A program made the translations under genes and the position numbers. A DNA stretch of 64,000 nt from an uncultured Actinomycetes bacterium (GTDB taxonomy: Bacteria; Actinomycetota; Acidimicrobiia; IMCC26256; DASPTH01): NCBI GenBank assembly GCA_963841415.1, contig CAWJCN010000004.1, positions 403,038 to 467,037 on the forward strand. The letters run 5' to 3'. How positions within the stretch are numbered: position 1 is the stretch's first letter; each line of letters opens with the position of its first letter. Under the pieces are notes generated by a model. It was not told the origin of the DNA and ran no database searches. It worked only from the letters and a program-made list of their open reading frames with translations. Of the stretch, positions 22,370 to 31,901 are shown one piece after another.

Positions 22370-24622
22370 ATGGACGTGAGCGCCGAAGGCATCATCGCAC
22401 TCGGTCTGTTGTTGGCGATCGTCGTCCTGGCGATCGTGTCGACTCGCGTCGTGGGACGGCGGGCCGCCCGAACCGTCGACCAGGTCACCGCGCTCCTGGA
22501 GCGCAACGAGGCCCGGTTCCGGGCCATGGTGCGCGACTCGAACGACATCATGGCGATCATCGATCCGCACGGTCGCCTCGTGTACGCGAGCCCCGTGACC
22601 GAGCGGATCCTGGGCCTCGACATCGAACCGCTCATCGGCAGCGACGTCTTCGATCTCATCCACCCGGAAGATCGCGACTTCGCGCAGCGCGGCTTCCAGG
22701 CGACGCGCGACGGCAGGGACGCCGATCGCATCGAGCTGCGCCTCCGCCGCGGCGACGGCACGTGGCGGGTGGTCGAGGCGGTGGCGACCAACTTGCTCGA
22801 CGACCCCTCGGTCGAGGGAATCGTCATCAGCGCGCGTGACCTCACCGACCGGCGCCGCGCCGAGGCCGAACTGCGAGAGGCACAAGAGCGGTTCCGCAGC
22901 GCGTTCGAGTACGCGCCGATCGGTATGGCGCTCATCTCGATCGACGGTCGCCTGTTCCGCGTGAACCGCGCGCTCGTACAGATCCTCGGCCGGGGTGAGT
23001 CGGAACTGCTCACGTCGTCGCTGTTGGAGCTGTGCCACCCGGACGACCGCGAGGAATGTCGCGAGTCGGTACGCCGGCTGTTCGCAGGAGTCACGCAGAG
23101 CGCGCAGCTCGAGCAACGCTTCGTGCACCACGACGGCCATCCCGTGTGGGTGTCGGCGAGCGCATCGCTGGTGCGCGACGTGAACGACCAACCGATGTAC
23201 CTCGTGTGCCAGGTGGAGGACATCGGCGAGCGGCGGGCGAGCGGCGAGGCGCTCGCCCACCAGGCCGTGCACGACCCCCTCACCGGGTTGCCGAACCGCC
23301 TGCACTTCGTCGAACGCCTCGGTCGAGAACTTGCACGTGCCGACCAACGACACGAGCGCGTCGCGGTGCTGTTCCTCGACCTCGACCGCTTCAAGGTGGT
23401 GAACGACAGCCTCGGGCACTCCGCAGGCGACCGGCTGCTCGTGGCCGTGGCCGACCGGCTCAAGGCCACGATGGGCCCCACGGACGTCGTGGCCCGCTTC
23501 GGCGGCGACGAGTTCACGATCCTCTGCAACCGGGTCAGCAGTGAGGAGACCGTCGAGCTGATCGCGGAGCGCATCGCGGAGGCGATCGCGCGTCCCGTCG
23601 CGTTGATCGAGGGCGAGGTCTTCGTGACCGTGAGCATCGGCATCGCGCTCTCGGGGGCCGAAGGCGACTCGCCGGAGACGCTGTTGCGCAACGCCGACGC
23701 GGCCATGTACCGGGCCAAGGAGTGCGGACGCGACCGCGCCGAGCTGTTCGACGCTCGAGTGCACCATCGCGCCGTCGACGACCTCCGCACCGGCAACGAA
23801 CTGCACCGCGCGATCGAGCGCGGCGAGCTGCGCGTGCACTACCAACCGATGATGAACCTCGACACCGGCGCGCTGTTCGGCTTCGAAGCGCTCATCCGCT
23901 GGGAGCACCCCGAGCGGGGCCTCGTACCCCCGATGGAATTCGTGCCGCTCGCGGAGGAGACCGGCCTCATCGTGCCGCTCGGCGTGTGGGCGCTGGAACA
24001 GGCGTGCCACCAGGCCGTGCGCTGGCAGGAGCGGTCACCCGACCTGCCACTGCTGTCGATGAGCGTGAACCTCTCGCCGCGCCAGCTCGCCGAACCCGCG
24101 CTGCCCAACGACGTGGCCCGGGTGCTGCACGACACGGGGATCCCGCCCGCGTCGTTGTGGCTCGAGATCACCGAGAGCACGCTGATGCGCGACGCCGAAT
24201 CGGCGCTGAGCGCGCTCGGCGCGCTGCAGGCGCTCGGGCTGCACCTGGCCGTCGACGACTTCGGCACCGGCTATTCGTCGCTCGCCTACCTCGAGCGGCT
24301 CCCGGTGGAAGCGCTGAAGATCGACCGCTCGTTCACCGAGGGTGTCGGGCGCCGCAAGGACAGCACTGCCATCGCGGGCGCGGTCGTCGGCCTGGCGCGG
24401 GCACTGCGACTCTCGACCGTGGCCGAGGGCATCGAGACGCCCGAGCAGGCCCAGCAGCTTCGGGCCATGGGCTGCGAGGTGGGTCAGGGCTTCCTGTTCG
24501 GACCCGCGCGCCCGGCCGAGGCCTACGGCGCCGACCCCCGCCGCATGTTCGAGCGCCCTCCGGCCCGGCGGCGCCGCGAAGCGCCGCTCGAGACCGCGCG
24601 CGGCATCCGCGTACCGACTTGA
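22370..24622 (+). CDS. Membrane-anchored PAS-PAS-GGDEF-EAL protein
   Basis: TM helix, two PAS domains, RFGGDEF, FEALIRW, DDFGTGYSS. Confidence 0.93.
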   Translation: MDVSAEGIIALGLLLAIVVLAIVSTRVVGRRAARTVDQVTALLERNEARFRAMVRDSNDIMAIIDPHGRLVYASPVTERILGLDIEPLIGSDVFDLIHPEDRDFAQRGFQATRDGRDADRIELRLRRGDGTWRVVEAVATNLLDDPSVEGIVISARDLTDRRRAEAELREAQERFRSAFEYAPIGMALISIDGRLFRVNRALVQILGRGESELLTSSLLELCHPDDREECRESVRRLFAGVTQSAQLEQRFVHHDGHPVWVSASASLVRDVNDQPMYLVCQVEDIGERRASGEALAHQAVHDPLTGLPNRLHFVERLGRELARADQRHERVAVLFLDLDRFKVVNDSLGHSAGDRLLVAVADRLKATMGPTDVVARFGGDEFTILCNRVSSEETVELIAERIAEAIARPVALIEGEVFVTVSIGIALSGAEGDSPETLLRNADAAMYRAKECGRDRAELFDARVHHRAVDDLRTGNELHRAIERGELRVHYQPMMNLDTGALFGFEALIRWEHPERGLVPPMEFVPLAEETGLIVPLGVWALEQACHQAVRWQERSPDLPLLSMSVNLSPRQLAEPALPNDVARVLHDTGIPPASLWLEITESTLMRDAESALSALGALQALGLHLAVDDFGTGYSSLAYLERLPVEALKIDRSFTEGVGRRKDSTAIAGAVVGLARALRLSTVAEGIETPEQAQQLRAMGCEVGQGFLFGPARPAEAYGADPRRMFERPPARRRREAPLETARGIRVPT

Positions 24623-24737
24623 CCGCTTCGCGGCTTTTGGATTACTCTTCACCACCACACGTGATCCGACGGGATCCGGCGTCGCACTTCCCCGCACCGT
24701 CCCGGCCCTGCGCCGGTCAGGCTCGCGGAGGAAGGCC

Positions 24738-25343
24738 ATGCCCGCCACGTTGCTGATCAAGCCCTGGCACGACCCCATCGTCGACACGTTGGGCCATGAC
24801 CCACGGTCGCGCTACGTCGAGCAGTTCTGGCTCCCCACCCTCGGCCCCACCGCGCTGCTCCTGCTGCGCCACCTGGCCGACCGCTTCGACCGCCAACCCG
24901 ACGGCGTCGAGCTCACCGTGGTCGACACGTCGCATGCCCTCGGCCTCGGCCAGCGCGACGGCAGCGCGTCGCCGATCGTGCGGACGTTGCGCCGACTCGC
25001 CCAGTTCGACCTCGCGTGCGAAGACCCGATGTCCGACACCGTCGCGGTTCGTCGCAACGTGCCTCCGGTCAACCCGCGCCATCTGCGTCGCCTCCCCCGC
25101 GAGTTGCAGCGGGCCCACGCCGAGTGGGCCGAGCAGCAGCTCGCGGAGGCACCGCTCGCCGAGGCCCGGCGTCGGGCCCGTCGGGTCGCGTTCACGCTCC
25201 TCGAGCAGGGCGATGACCCCGACCACGTCGAGCGGGCGCTCCACGCCATCGGCTTCCACCCCGCGCTGTGCCACGAGAGCGCGCAGTGGGCCTACCAGCG
25301 CCACCGCGAGGCCCTCGACCACGTGCAGGGGCTCGCCTCGTAG
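24738..25343 (+). CDS. Hypothetical protein, probable winged-helix DNA-binding fold
   Basis: GGAGG SD; YVEQFWLPTLGPTALLLLRHL...LGLG...RTLRRLAQF. Confidence 0.75.
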   Translation: MPATLLIKPWHDPIVDTLGHDPRSRYVEQFWLPTLGPTALLLLRHLADRFDRQPDGVELTVVDTSHALGLGQRDGSASPIVRTLRRLAQFDLACEDPMSDTVAVRRNVPPVNPRHLRRLPRELQRAHAEWAEQQLAEAPLAEARRRARRVAFTLLEQGDDPDHVERALHAIGFHPALCHESAQWAYQRHREALDHVQGLAS

Positions 25344-25476
25344 GTCACACCTCCAGGACGCGGTTCGAGCTCGCCCCCGTGCTCGCGGCCGCCAGCCGAG
25401 CGGCGCGCCCATCCCCCAGGGCGCGCCGCTCGCGCGTCCTGCGAACTGACGCGCGCACCGTTGTTACCGTGCTCGC

Positions 25477-25611
25477 ATGGAGATGCAGCGAAGGCGTGGC
25501 CGGGAGCGAATGGCCGCGAGCCGGGTACCCCGGCTCGCAATGAGCGAGCCATCGTGCCCGAGGCCGGGACGCCGGGACGCCGGAGCGGAATCGACCAGAT
25601 CGGATGGCTGA
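25477..25611 (+). repeat. Composite MIRU-like element encoding a 44-aa leader ORF coupled to the sirtuin gene
   Basis: ATG 6 nt after TACCGT; TGA overlaps the sirtuin start (ATGGCTGA); flanks match 49852-49920. Confidence 0.75.
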
Positions 25612-26365
25612 CCCTGCGCAGCTGGATCGTCTCGCCGCGCTCCTCCGCGGCGCCGACCAGATCGTCGTGCTGACCGGGGCGGGGATCTCCACCGAGTCGG
25701 GGATCCCCGACTTCCGCGGTCCGCAGGGCATCTGGACCAAGGACCCCGACGCCGAGCGCAAGGCCACCATCCAGCACTACGTGCAGGACCCCGAACACCG
25801 CCGCCAGGTGTGGCGCAACCGCGCCGGCAGCGAGCTCTTCGCCGGTGCGCCCAACGCCGGGCACCTCGCCCTCGCCGAGCTCGAGCGACGCGCCAGCCTC
25901 CACACGCTGGTCACTCAGAACGTCGACGGTCTGCACCAGGCGGCCGGCACGTCGCCCGACATCGTCGTCGAGATCCACGGGACCGTGCACGAGGCCAAGT
26001 GCCTCGCGTGCGGTTGGCGCGGCCCGATGGAGGAGACGCTGGCCCGCGTCCTCGCCGGCGACGACGATCCTGCCTGCCTCGAGTGCGGCGGGATGTTGAA
26101 GTCGGCGACGATCTCCTTCGGCGAGAACCTCGTGCCCGAGGATCTGATGCGGGCACAGCGCGCGGCCGGCGGCGCCGACGTGTTCCTGGCCGTGGGCACC
26201 TCGCTCGGCGTGTACCCCGCGGCCGCGTTGCCCGAGCACGCCCTCCGGGCCGGCGCGTCCCTCGCCGTCCTCAACGCCGAACCCACTCCGTTCGACCCTG
26301 CTGCGGACTTCGTGTTCGCCGACCGCCTCGGCGAGGTGCTCCCCGCGCTGGTCGCACGGATCTGA
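25604..26365 (+). CDS. cobB: Sir2-family NAD-dependent protein deacylase
   Basis: GAGISTESGIPDFRG, TQNVDGLH, two CxxC motifs, GTSLGVYPAA. Confidence 0.92.
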   Translation: MADPAQLDRLAALLRGADQIVVLTGAGISTESGIPDFRGPQGIWTKDPDAERKATIQHYVQDPEHRRQVWRNRAGSELFAGAPNAGHLALAELERRASLHTLVTQNVDGLHQAAGTSPDIVVEIHGTVHEAKCLACGWRGPMEETLARVLAGDDDPACLECGGMLKSATISFGENLVPEDLMRAQRAAGGADVFLAVGTSLGVYPAAALPEHALRAGASLAVLNAEPTPFDPAADFVFADRLGEVLPALVARI

Positions 26366-26423
26366 CCCGCTTGGGAATACCCGACCATTGCGGTAGCATT
26401 TACGGTCCGACGAGGAGAACGAC

Positions 26424-27608
26424 ATGCCGAGCTACCGCGATCTTCTGCGCGCCGCCAAGGCGCGCATCACCGAGATCTCACCCGAGGACGCCGAACGCCG
26501 CCTCGGCGACGCCACCTTCCTCGACGTGCGTGAGCAGGACGAGCACGACCAGGGCACCATCCCGGGCTCGGTGTTCATCCCGCGCGGCCACCTCGAGAGC
26601 AACGCCGAGACCAAGCTCGTCGACCGCGACCGGCCGATCGTCGTGTACTGCGCGGCCGGGAACCGCTCGGCGTTCGCGACCGAGACCCTCGAGCAGCTCG
26701 GCTTCAAGGACGTCGTGTCGATGGCCGGCGGCTTCGGACGCTGGAAGAACGAGGGCCGGCCCTGGATCACCCCCCAGGCCCTCACCGCCGAGCAGCGCGA
26801 CCGCTACGGCCGCCACATCCTCCTGCCCGAGGTGGGCGAAGCCGGCCAGCAGCAGCTGCTCGAGAGCCGCGTGCTGCTCCTCGGCGCCGGCGGCCTCGGC
26901 TCACCGGCCGCGCTCTACCTCGCCGCCGCCGGAGTGGGCACGCTCGGCATCGTCGACATGGACGTCGTCGACTCGTCGAACCTGCAGCGCCAGATCCTGC
27001 ACAACACCGATCGCATCGGCGAGCGCAAGGTCGACTCGGCGAAGAAGACGCTCACGCAGCTCAACCCCGACGTCGACGTCGTCACCTACGACGTGCGGTT
27101 CGGCGCCGACAACGTGCTCGACATCATCGACGGCTACGACGTGATCGTCGACGGCACCGACAACTTCCCCACCCGCTACCTGCTCAACGACGCGTCGCTG
27201 CTGAAGCGCATCCCCGTGGTGCACGGCTCGATCTTCCGCTTCGAGGGCCAGGTCTCGGTGTTCAAGCCCTACGAGGGCCCGTGCTACCGGTGCCTGCTGC
27301 CCGAGCCGCCGCCGCCGGAGCTCGCGCCGAGCTGCGCCGAAGCGGGCGTGCTGGGTGTGCTGCCCGGCATCGTCGGGTCGATCCAGGCGCTCGAGGCGAT
27401 CAAGCTCATCCTCGACCTGGGCGACCCGCTCGTCGGGCGGCTCCTCGCCTACGACGCGCTCGAGCAGTCGTTCCGTACCTTCAAGCTGCGGCGCGATCCC
27501 GAGTGCCCGGCGTGCGGCGAGCACGCGGCGCCGATCGTCATCGCCGAGTACGACGACCTCTGCCTCCCCCACGCCGTCCTCGCCGACGGCAGCGCGCTCA
27601 CGCACTGA
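26424..27608 (+). CDS. moeB: Rhodanese plus ThiF/MoeB adenylyltransferase (MoeZ-like)
   Basis: Rhodanese YCAAGNRS, GAGGLGSP, SNLQRQ, CYRC. Confidence 0.92.
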   Translation: MPSYRDLLRAAKARITEISPEDAERRLGDATFLDVREQDEHDQGTIPGSVFIPRGHLESNAETKLVDRDRPIVVYCAAGNRSAFATETLEQLGFKDVVSMAGGFGRWKNEGRPWITPQALTAEQRDRYGRHILLPEVGEAGQQQLLESRVLLLGAGGLGSPAALYLAAAGVGTLGIVDMDVVDSSNLQRQILHNTDRIGERKVDSAKKTLTQLNPDVDVVTYDVRFGADNVLDIIDGYDVIVDGTDNFPTRYLLNDASLLKRIPVVHGSIFRFEGQVSVFKPYEGPCYRCLLPEPPPPELAPSCAEAGVLGVLPGIVGSIQALEAIKLILDLGDPLVGRLLAYDALEQSFRTFKLRRDPECPACGEHAAPIVIAEYDDLCLPHAVLADGSALTH

Positions 27609-27633
27609 CGCACTCACCCGCCGACCGCGCGCG

Positions 27634-28599
27634 TCAGCGCGCGCGCGTGAGGCGAGCGATCAACCCGTCGACGCGCGTCGCCACCGACTCGGGTTCGACC
27701 ACCGCGACGGGATAGCGCGCCGCGAGCCACGTGACCACGCGCAAGAGCGCGTCGTCGTTCCCACCCTCGATGCGCGCCCGACAACGGCCGCGCGCGACCT
27801 CGTCGATGCGCGTCTCACCCCAGTGGAGCGCGCCGCGCACCTCCTCCACCGGCGCGTCGATCTCGAGCACGGCCCACGCGGGTTGCGGCATCGAGCGGAT
27901 CGACTGCGCGACGAAATCGGCGGCGTCACCACCAGGGAGGTCACGCGGCGCGCAGCGCATGCCCGCCGGGCGCGCACGCTCGAGCCGGTCGAGTCGGAAC
28001 GTACGCCAGTCGTCGCGCCGCACGTCCCACCCGACGAGGTACCAACGCCGACCGGTCGACACGAGCTGGTGGGGCTCGACGAGGCGGCTCGCCTCGTCGC
28101 CGTCACGCCGGCGGTAGTCGAAGCGCACCTGCTCGTGGTCGCGGCAGGCGAGCGCGAGCACCGCGAGCGCCTCGGCGTCGACGACCGGACCGTCGGACCA
28201 CTGCAGCGATGCGACGTTGGTGTGCACCGCCAGCACGCGCCGCCGAAGACGGTCGGGCAGCACCTGCTCGAGCTTGGCCAGCGCGCGCACCGCGGTGTCT
28301 TCCATGCCGTCGATCGACGCCGACGCGGCGGAGCGCAGCCCGACCGCGATCGCCACCGCCTCGTCGTCGTCGAGCAGGAGCGGGGGCAGGTGTGCACCCG
28401 CGGCGAGGCGGTAGCCGCCGCCGGTGCCGGGCGTGGCGTCGACCGGATAGCCGAGCGAACGCAACCGGTCGACGTCGCGCCGCAACGTGCGCGCGCTCAC
28501 GCCGAGTCGCTCGGTGAGCTCCTCACCCGGCCAGAACCGGTGGGTCTGCAGCAGCGAGAGCAGCAGCAGGGCGCGCTCGGTGGGGTCCGCCGCGGTCAT
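27634..28599 (-). CDS. YafY-type HTH-WYL transcriptional regulator
   Basis: HTH RTLRRDVDRLRSLGYPV; RRWYLVGWD...WRTFRLDR. Confidence 0.92.
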   Translation of the reverse strand: MTAADPTERALLLLSLLQTHRFWPGEELTERLGVSARTLRRDVDRLRSLGYPVDATPGTGGGYRLAAGAHLPPLLLDDDEAVAIAVGLRSAASASIDGMEDTAVRALAKLEQVLPDRLRRRVLAVHTNVASLQWSDGPVVDAEALAVLALACRDHEQVRFDYRRRDGDEASRLVEPHQLVSTGRRWYLVGWDVRRDDWRTFRLDRLERARPAGMRCAPRDLPGGDAADFVAQSIRSMPQPAWAVLEIDAPVEEVRGALHWGETRIDEVARGRCRARIEGGNDDALLRVVTWLAARYPVAVVEPESVATRVDGLIARLTRAR

Positions 28600-28666
28600 C
28601 GGGAGCTGGTCCGATGAATTCCCGGGCTCGGCGCGGTCGTGGTCACCGAGACAGCTTCCCACGAGT

Positions 28667-28701
28667 TGCGGTCAGGATCTGACCGCAGTGATCCGTAGGT
28701 T
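28667..28701 (+). promoter_or_regulatory. Palindromic operator and -10 box of the ABC operon
   Basis: TGCGGTCAG-GAT-CTGACCGCA (28667-28687), then TAGGTT (28696-28701) 7 nt before ATG 28709. Confidence 0.7.
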
Positions 28702-28708
28702 GACCACC

Positions 28709-29734
28709 ATGCAGACCATGACCGACACCCGAAGCAGGAGCGCCGCCGTGCCCCCCGACGACGCAACCCCCGCCATCACCGCCCGAGGCCTCACCCGCAC
28801 GTTCGGGGAGGTCACCGCGGTCGACGCCCTCGACCTCACGATCCACCGGGGTGAGATCTACGGCTTGCTCGGACCCAACGGGGCCGGCAAGTCCACCACG
28901 GTGAAGATGCTCTGCACCCTCCTCGCCCCCACCGGCGGCGAGGCGCGTGTGGCCGGCTTCGACATCGCCCACCGGCCGCAGGCCGTGCGCCTCCGCATCG
29001 GGGTCGCCCTCCAGGACGTCGCGCTGGATCCCAAGCAGACCGGGCTCGAGCTGCTGCGCCTCCAGGGCCAGCTGTACGGGCTGCGCCGCGACGAGATCGA
29101 GTCCCGCCTGGTCGAGCTGCGCAAGCTCGTCGACCTCGGCGACGCGCTCGACCGCCGCATCGCGACCTACTCGGGCGGCATGCGCCGGCGCCTCGACCTC
29201 GCCGCCGCGCTCGTGCACAACCCCGAAGTGCTCTTCCTCGACGAGCCGACCACGGGCCTCGACCCGATCAGCCGAGCGAGCGTGTGGCAAGAGGTGCAAC
29301 GCCTCAACGCGGAGCTGGGCATGACCATCCTGCTCACCACGCAGTACCTCGAGGAGGCCGACGAGCTCGCCGACCGGGTCGGGATCGTCGACGACGGGCG
29401 TCTCGTCGCCGAGGGCACGCCCACCGAGCTCAAGCGCTCGATCGGCACCGACATGGTCGTCGCCCGCATCGAAGGCGACCCGCAGGCCGCCCGGCTCGCG
29501 CTCGACGGCGTGTACGGAGTCGTGGGCGTCGAGGGTCGCGACCACGAGCTCACCATCAGCGTCGACGAGGGATCTTCGGCGATCGGCCCGATCGCGATCG
29601 CGCTGCACGACGCGTCGGTGGGTGTGCGCGACCTCACCTTGCGCACACCCACGCTCGACGACGTGTTCCTCGAGCTGACCGGCGCCCACTTCGACGCCGA
29701 CGCCAACACCAACGCCGAGGAGGATCGGTCATGA
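28709..29734 (+). CDS. ABC exporter ATP-binding protein (DrrA-like)
   Basis: GPNGAGKST, YSGGMRRR, LDEPTTGLD. Confidence 0.92.
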   Translation: MQTMTDTRSRSAAVPPDDATPAITARGLTRTFGEVTAVDALDLTIHRGEIYGLLGPNGAGKSTTVKMLCTLLAPTGGEARVAGFDIAHRPQAVRLRIGVALQDVALDPKQTGLELLRLQGQLYGLRRDEIESRLVELRKLVDLGDALDRRIATYSGGMRRRLDLAAALVHNPEVLFLDEPTTGLDPISRASVWQEVQRLNAELGMTILLTTQYLEEADELADRVGIVDDGRLVAEGTPTELKRSIGTDMVVARIEGDPQAARLALDGVYGVVGVEGRDHELTISVDEGSSAIGPIAIALHDASVGVRDLTLRTPTLDDVFLELTGAHFDADANTNAEEDRS

Positions 29735-30561
29735 CCACCGCCAGCGTCACCTTCGACATCGAGCCTCGCCCGCCCGCCGCGGTGGTGCGCGCCCGACCGG
29801 CCGGTGCGCTCCACGACGTGTTCTCGATCGCCGGCCGTGCGTTGCGCGCCGTGCCGCGCGACCTCGAGGCGATCCTGCCCCCGGTGTTCATCGCGTTCTT
29901 CTTCTTCATCGTGAACATCGGCACGTTGGAGAACCTCACCCAGAACAACATCAAGGGCTTCGACTACACCGCGTTCGAGATGGCCACCGCGGTGCTGCTC
30001 GGTGTGACCGGCGTGTCGCGGGCGCAGGCGCTCGTCGTCGACGTGCAGAGCGGCTACTTCGACCGGCTCCTCCTCACGCCCGTGCGGCGCAGCGCGATCC
30101 TCGTCGGCCACATGGTCGCCGACGTGGCGGTCTCGTCGATGCTGTGCGTGCCGATCATCGCGTTGGCGTTCGCGCTCGGCATCGACTTCCACGCCGGTGT
30201 GCTCGGCGTGCTCATGTTCATCGTCCTCGCCGCGCTGTGGAGCCTCTCCTTCGCCGGGTTCGGCTACGCGATCGCGCTGAAGACCGGCAACCCGGCGGCG
30301 GTGAACTCGAGCTTCCTGCTGTTCTTCCCGTTTCTCTTCCTCACGTCGTCCTACGTCCCCCGCGACCAGCTGAGTGGCTGGCTCGACACGGTGGCGGGCT
30401 GGAACCCGGTCACCTACCTGCTCGAGGGGCTGCGCTCGCTGGCGCTCTCCGGCTGGCACTGGGACGACCTCGGCAAGGCGTTCGTGGCCCTGCTCGTGGT
30501 GTTCCTCGTCAGCTTCGGGCTGTGCTTCGCCGCCTTGCGGTCCCGTGTGAACCAGCGCTGA
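29731..30561 (+). CDS. ABC-2 type permease (DrrB-like)
   Basis: Six TM helices, NPVTYLLEGLR; ATGA coupling with the ATPase gene. Confidence 0.9.
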   Translation: MTTASVTFDIEPRPPAAVVRARPAGALHDVFSIAGRALRAVPRDLEAILPPVFIAFFFFIVNIGTLENLTQNNIKGFDYTAFEMATAVLLGVTGVSRAQALVVDVQSGYFDRLLLTPVRRSAILVGHMVADVAVSSMLCVPIIALAFALGIDFHAGVLGVLMFIVLAALWSLSFAGFGYAIALKTGNPAAVNSSFLLFFPFLFLTSSYVPRDQLSGWLDTVAGWNPVTYLLEGLRSLALSGWHWDDLGKAFVALLVVFLVSFGLCFAALRSRVNQR

Positions 30562-30694
30562 CGGCACCGTCGGCATTTTCGGCTCAAGCGCAACGCGTCG
30601 GCGGTCGATTCACCGCGGACGACACATCCGCGCCCAGGGCGGGCGATGCATGCCGGGGAGCGACGACGATGAGGACGACCATGAGTGGGAACGC

Positions 30695-31897
30695 ATGAGC
30701 CGGTTGGTGCTCGCCACGGCCAACACCGAGTTCGAGCAACGCGTTCGCGACGCGTTCGACGGTGAGCTGAACGGACCGCTGTGCTACTGGCGCGATGACA
30801 TGCTCGTCGACCCGGTCGATGCGGTGCGCCAGCTGGGCGGCGGCGACGTCGAGGTCGTCGCGCTCGGCCCCGACGTCGCCACCGACGACGCGCTCGCACT
30901 TGCCACCGCGTTCGACCAGTCCCGGCCGGACATCAGCGTGGTCATCGTGGCGCCGCCCTCGACCGATCTGCTGCAGGAGGCCCTGCGCGCCGGCGCACGC
31001 GACGTGATCGCGCCCGACATGGCCCCGGACGACCTGCGCGCCGCCATCGAGCGCGCGTTCGACACCGCCATCCATCGTCGTCGGGTGTTCGACGGCGACG
31101 ACAACGGCATCGGCGAGGACGATCGCAGCCGCGTGATCATGGCGTTGTGCCCGAAGGGCGGCGCGGGCAAGACCACGATCTCCACCAACCTCGCCCTCGC
31201 GCTCGCGCAGGCGGCGCCGGGCGAAGTCGTGATCCTCGACCTCGACGTGCAGTTCGGCGACGTCGCGAGTGCGCTCGGTTTGCGCCCCGACCTCACGCTG
31301 GCCGACGCCGTGCGTTCTATGGACACGGTCGACGCCACCAGCGTCAAGGCACACCTCGCCGTCCACCCGCAGGACGAGCTGTTCGTCCTGTGCGCGCCCA
31401 CCACGCCGACCGAGGCCGACGAGATCTCGGTCGAACAGGTCGAGCGAGTCGTCGAGCTGCTCGCTCAGTCGTTCAAGTACGTGGTCATCGACACGGCGTC
31501 CGGGCTCGACGAGAACACCCTCGCCACCCTCGAGTACGCGACCGACCTCCTGCTGATCTCGGCCACCGACGTACCGAGCGTCCGGGCGACGGTGAAGGAG
31601 ATCGAGGCGCTGCGCGTGATCGGCAAGCCGCAGCACCTCTGGCACTTCGTGCTGAACCGCGCCGACGCCAAGACCGGATTGACCATCCCCGCCATCGAGC
31701 GGACGGTCGGCATCAACGTCGACGTGGCCATCCCCAGCTCCCGGTCCGTGCCGATGTCGCTCAACCAGGGAGAGCCGCTGGTGCTCTCCGACCCGCGCTC
31801 GGCGGTGTCGCTGGCCATGCTCCAGCTGGTGCGCCGGCTCGCGCCGCAGGCAGCACCGACCGACACGAGGCCCACGGGCCTCTTCCGGCGGCGGTGA
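30695..31897 (+). CDS. cpaE: CpaE/TadZ-like receiver plus MinD/ParA ATPase
   Basis: Degenerate receiver domain (ALRAGARDVI), KGGAGKTT, DLDVQFGD. Confidence 0.85.
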   Translation: MSRLVLATANTEFEQRVRDAFDGELNGPLCYWRDDMLVDPVDAVRQLGGGDVEVVALGPDVATDDALALATAFDQSRPDISVVIVAPPSTDLLQEALRAGARDVIAPDMAPDDLRAAIERAFDTAIHRRRVFDGDDNGIGEDDRSRVIMALCPKGGAGKTTISTNLALALAQAAPGEVVILDLDVQFGDVASALGLRPDLTLADAVRSMDTVDATSVKAHLAVHPQDELFVLCAPTTPTEADEISVEQVERVVELLAQSFKYVVIDTASGLDENTLATLEYATDLLLISATDVPSVRATVKEIEALRVIGKPQHLWHFVLNRADAKTGLTIPAIERTVGINVDVAIPSSRSVPMSLNQGEPLVLSDPRSAVSLAMLQLVRRLAPQAAPTDTRPTGLFRRR

Positions 31898-31901
31898 CGC
31901 G

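Noticed and set aside
21226-23796. Long antisense and alternate-frame ORFs (this one and many others in the track)
   Set aside because: Shadow ORFs expected in high-GC DNA; they overlap well-supported genes and have no motifs
25344-25370. Fourth GTCACACC promoter-motif match
   Set aside because: No -10-like hexamer or start codon at the required spacing
25604-28599. Sir2 + ThiF/E1 + WYL as an anti-phage defence island
   Set aside because: The sirtuin is a canonical Zn-binding CobB type, the ThiF protein is a standard rhodanese-MoeB, and the WYL gene pairs with the ABC exporter
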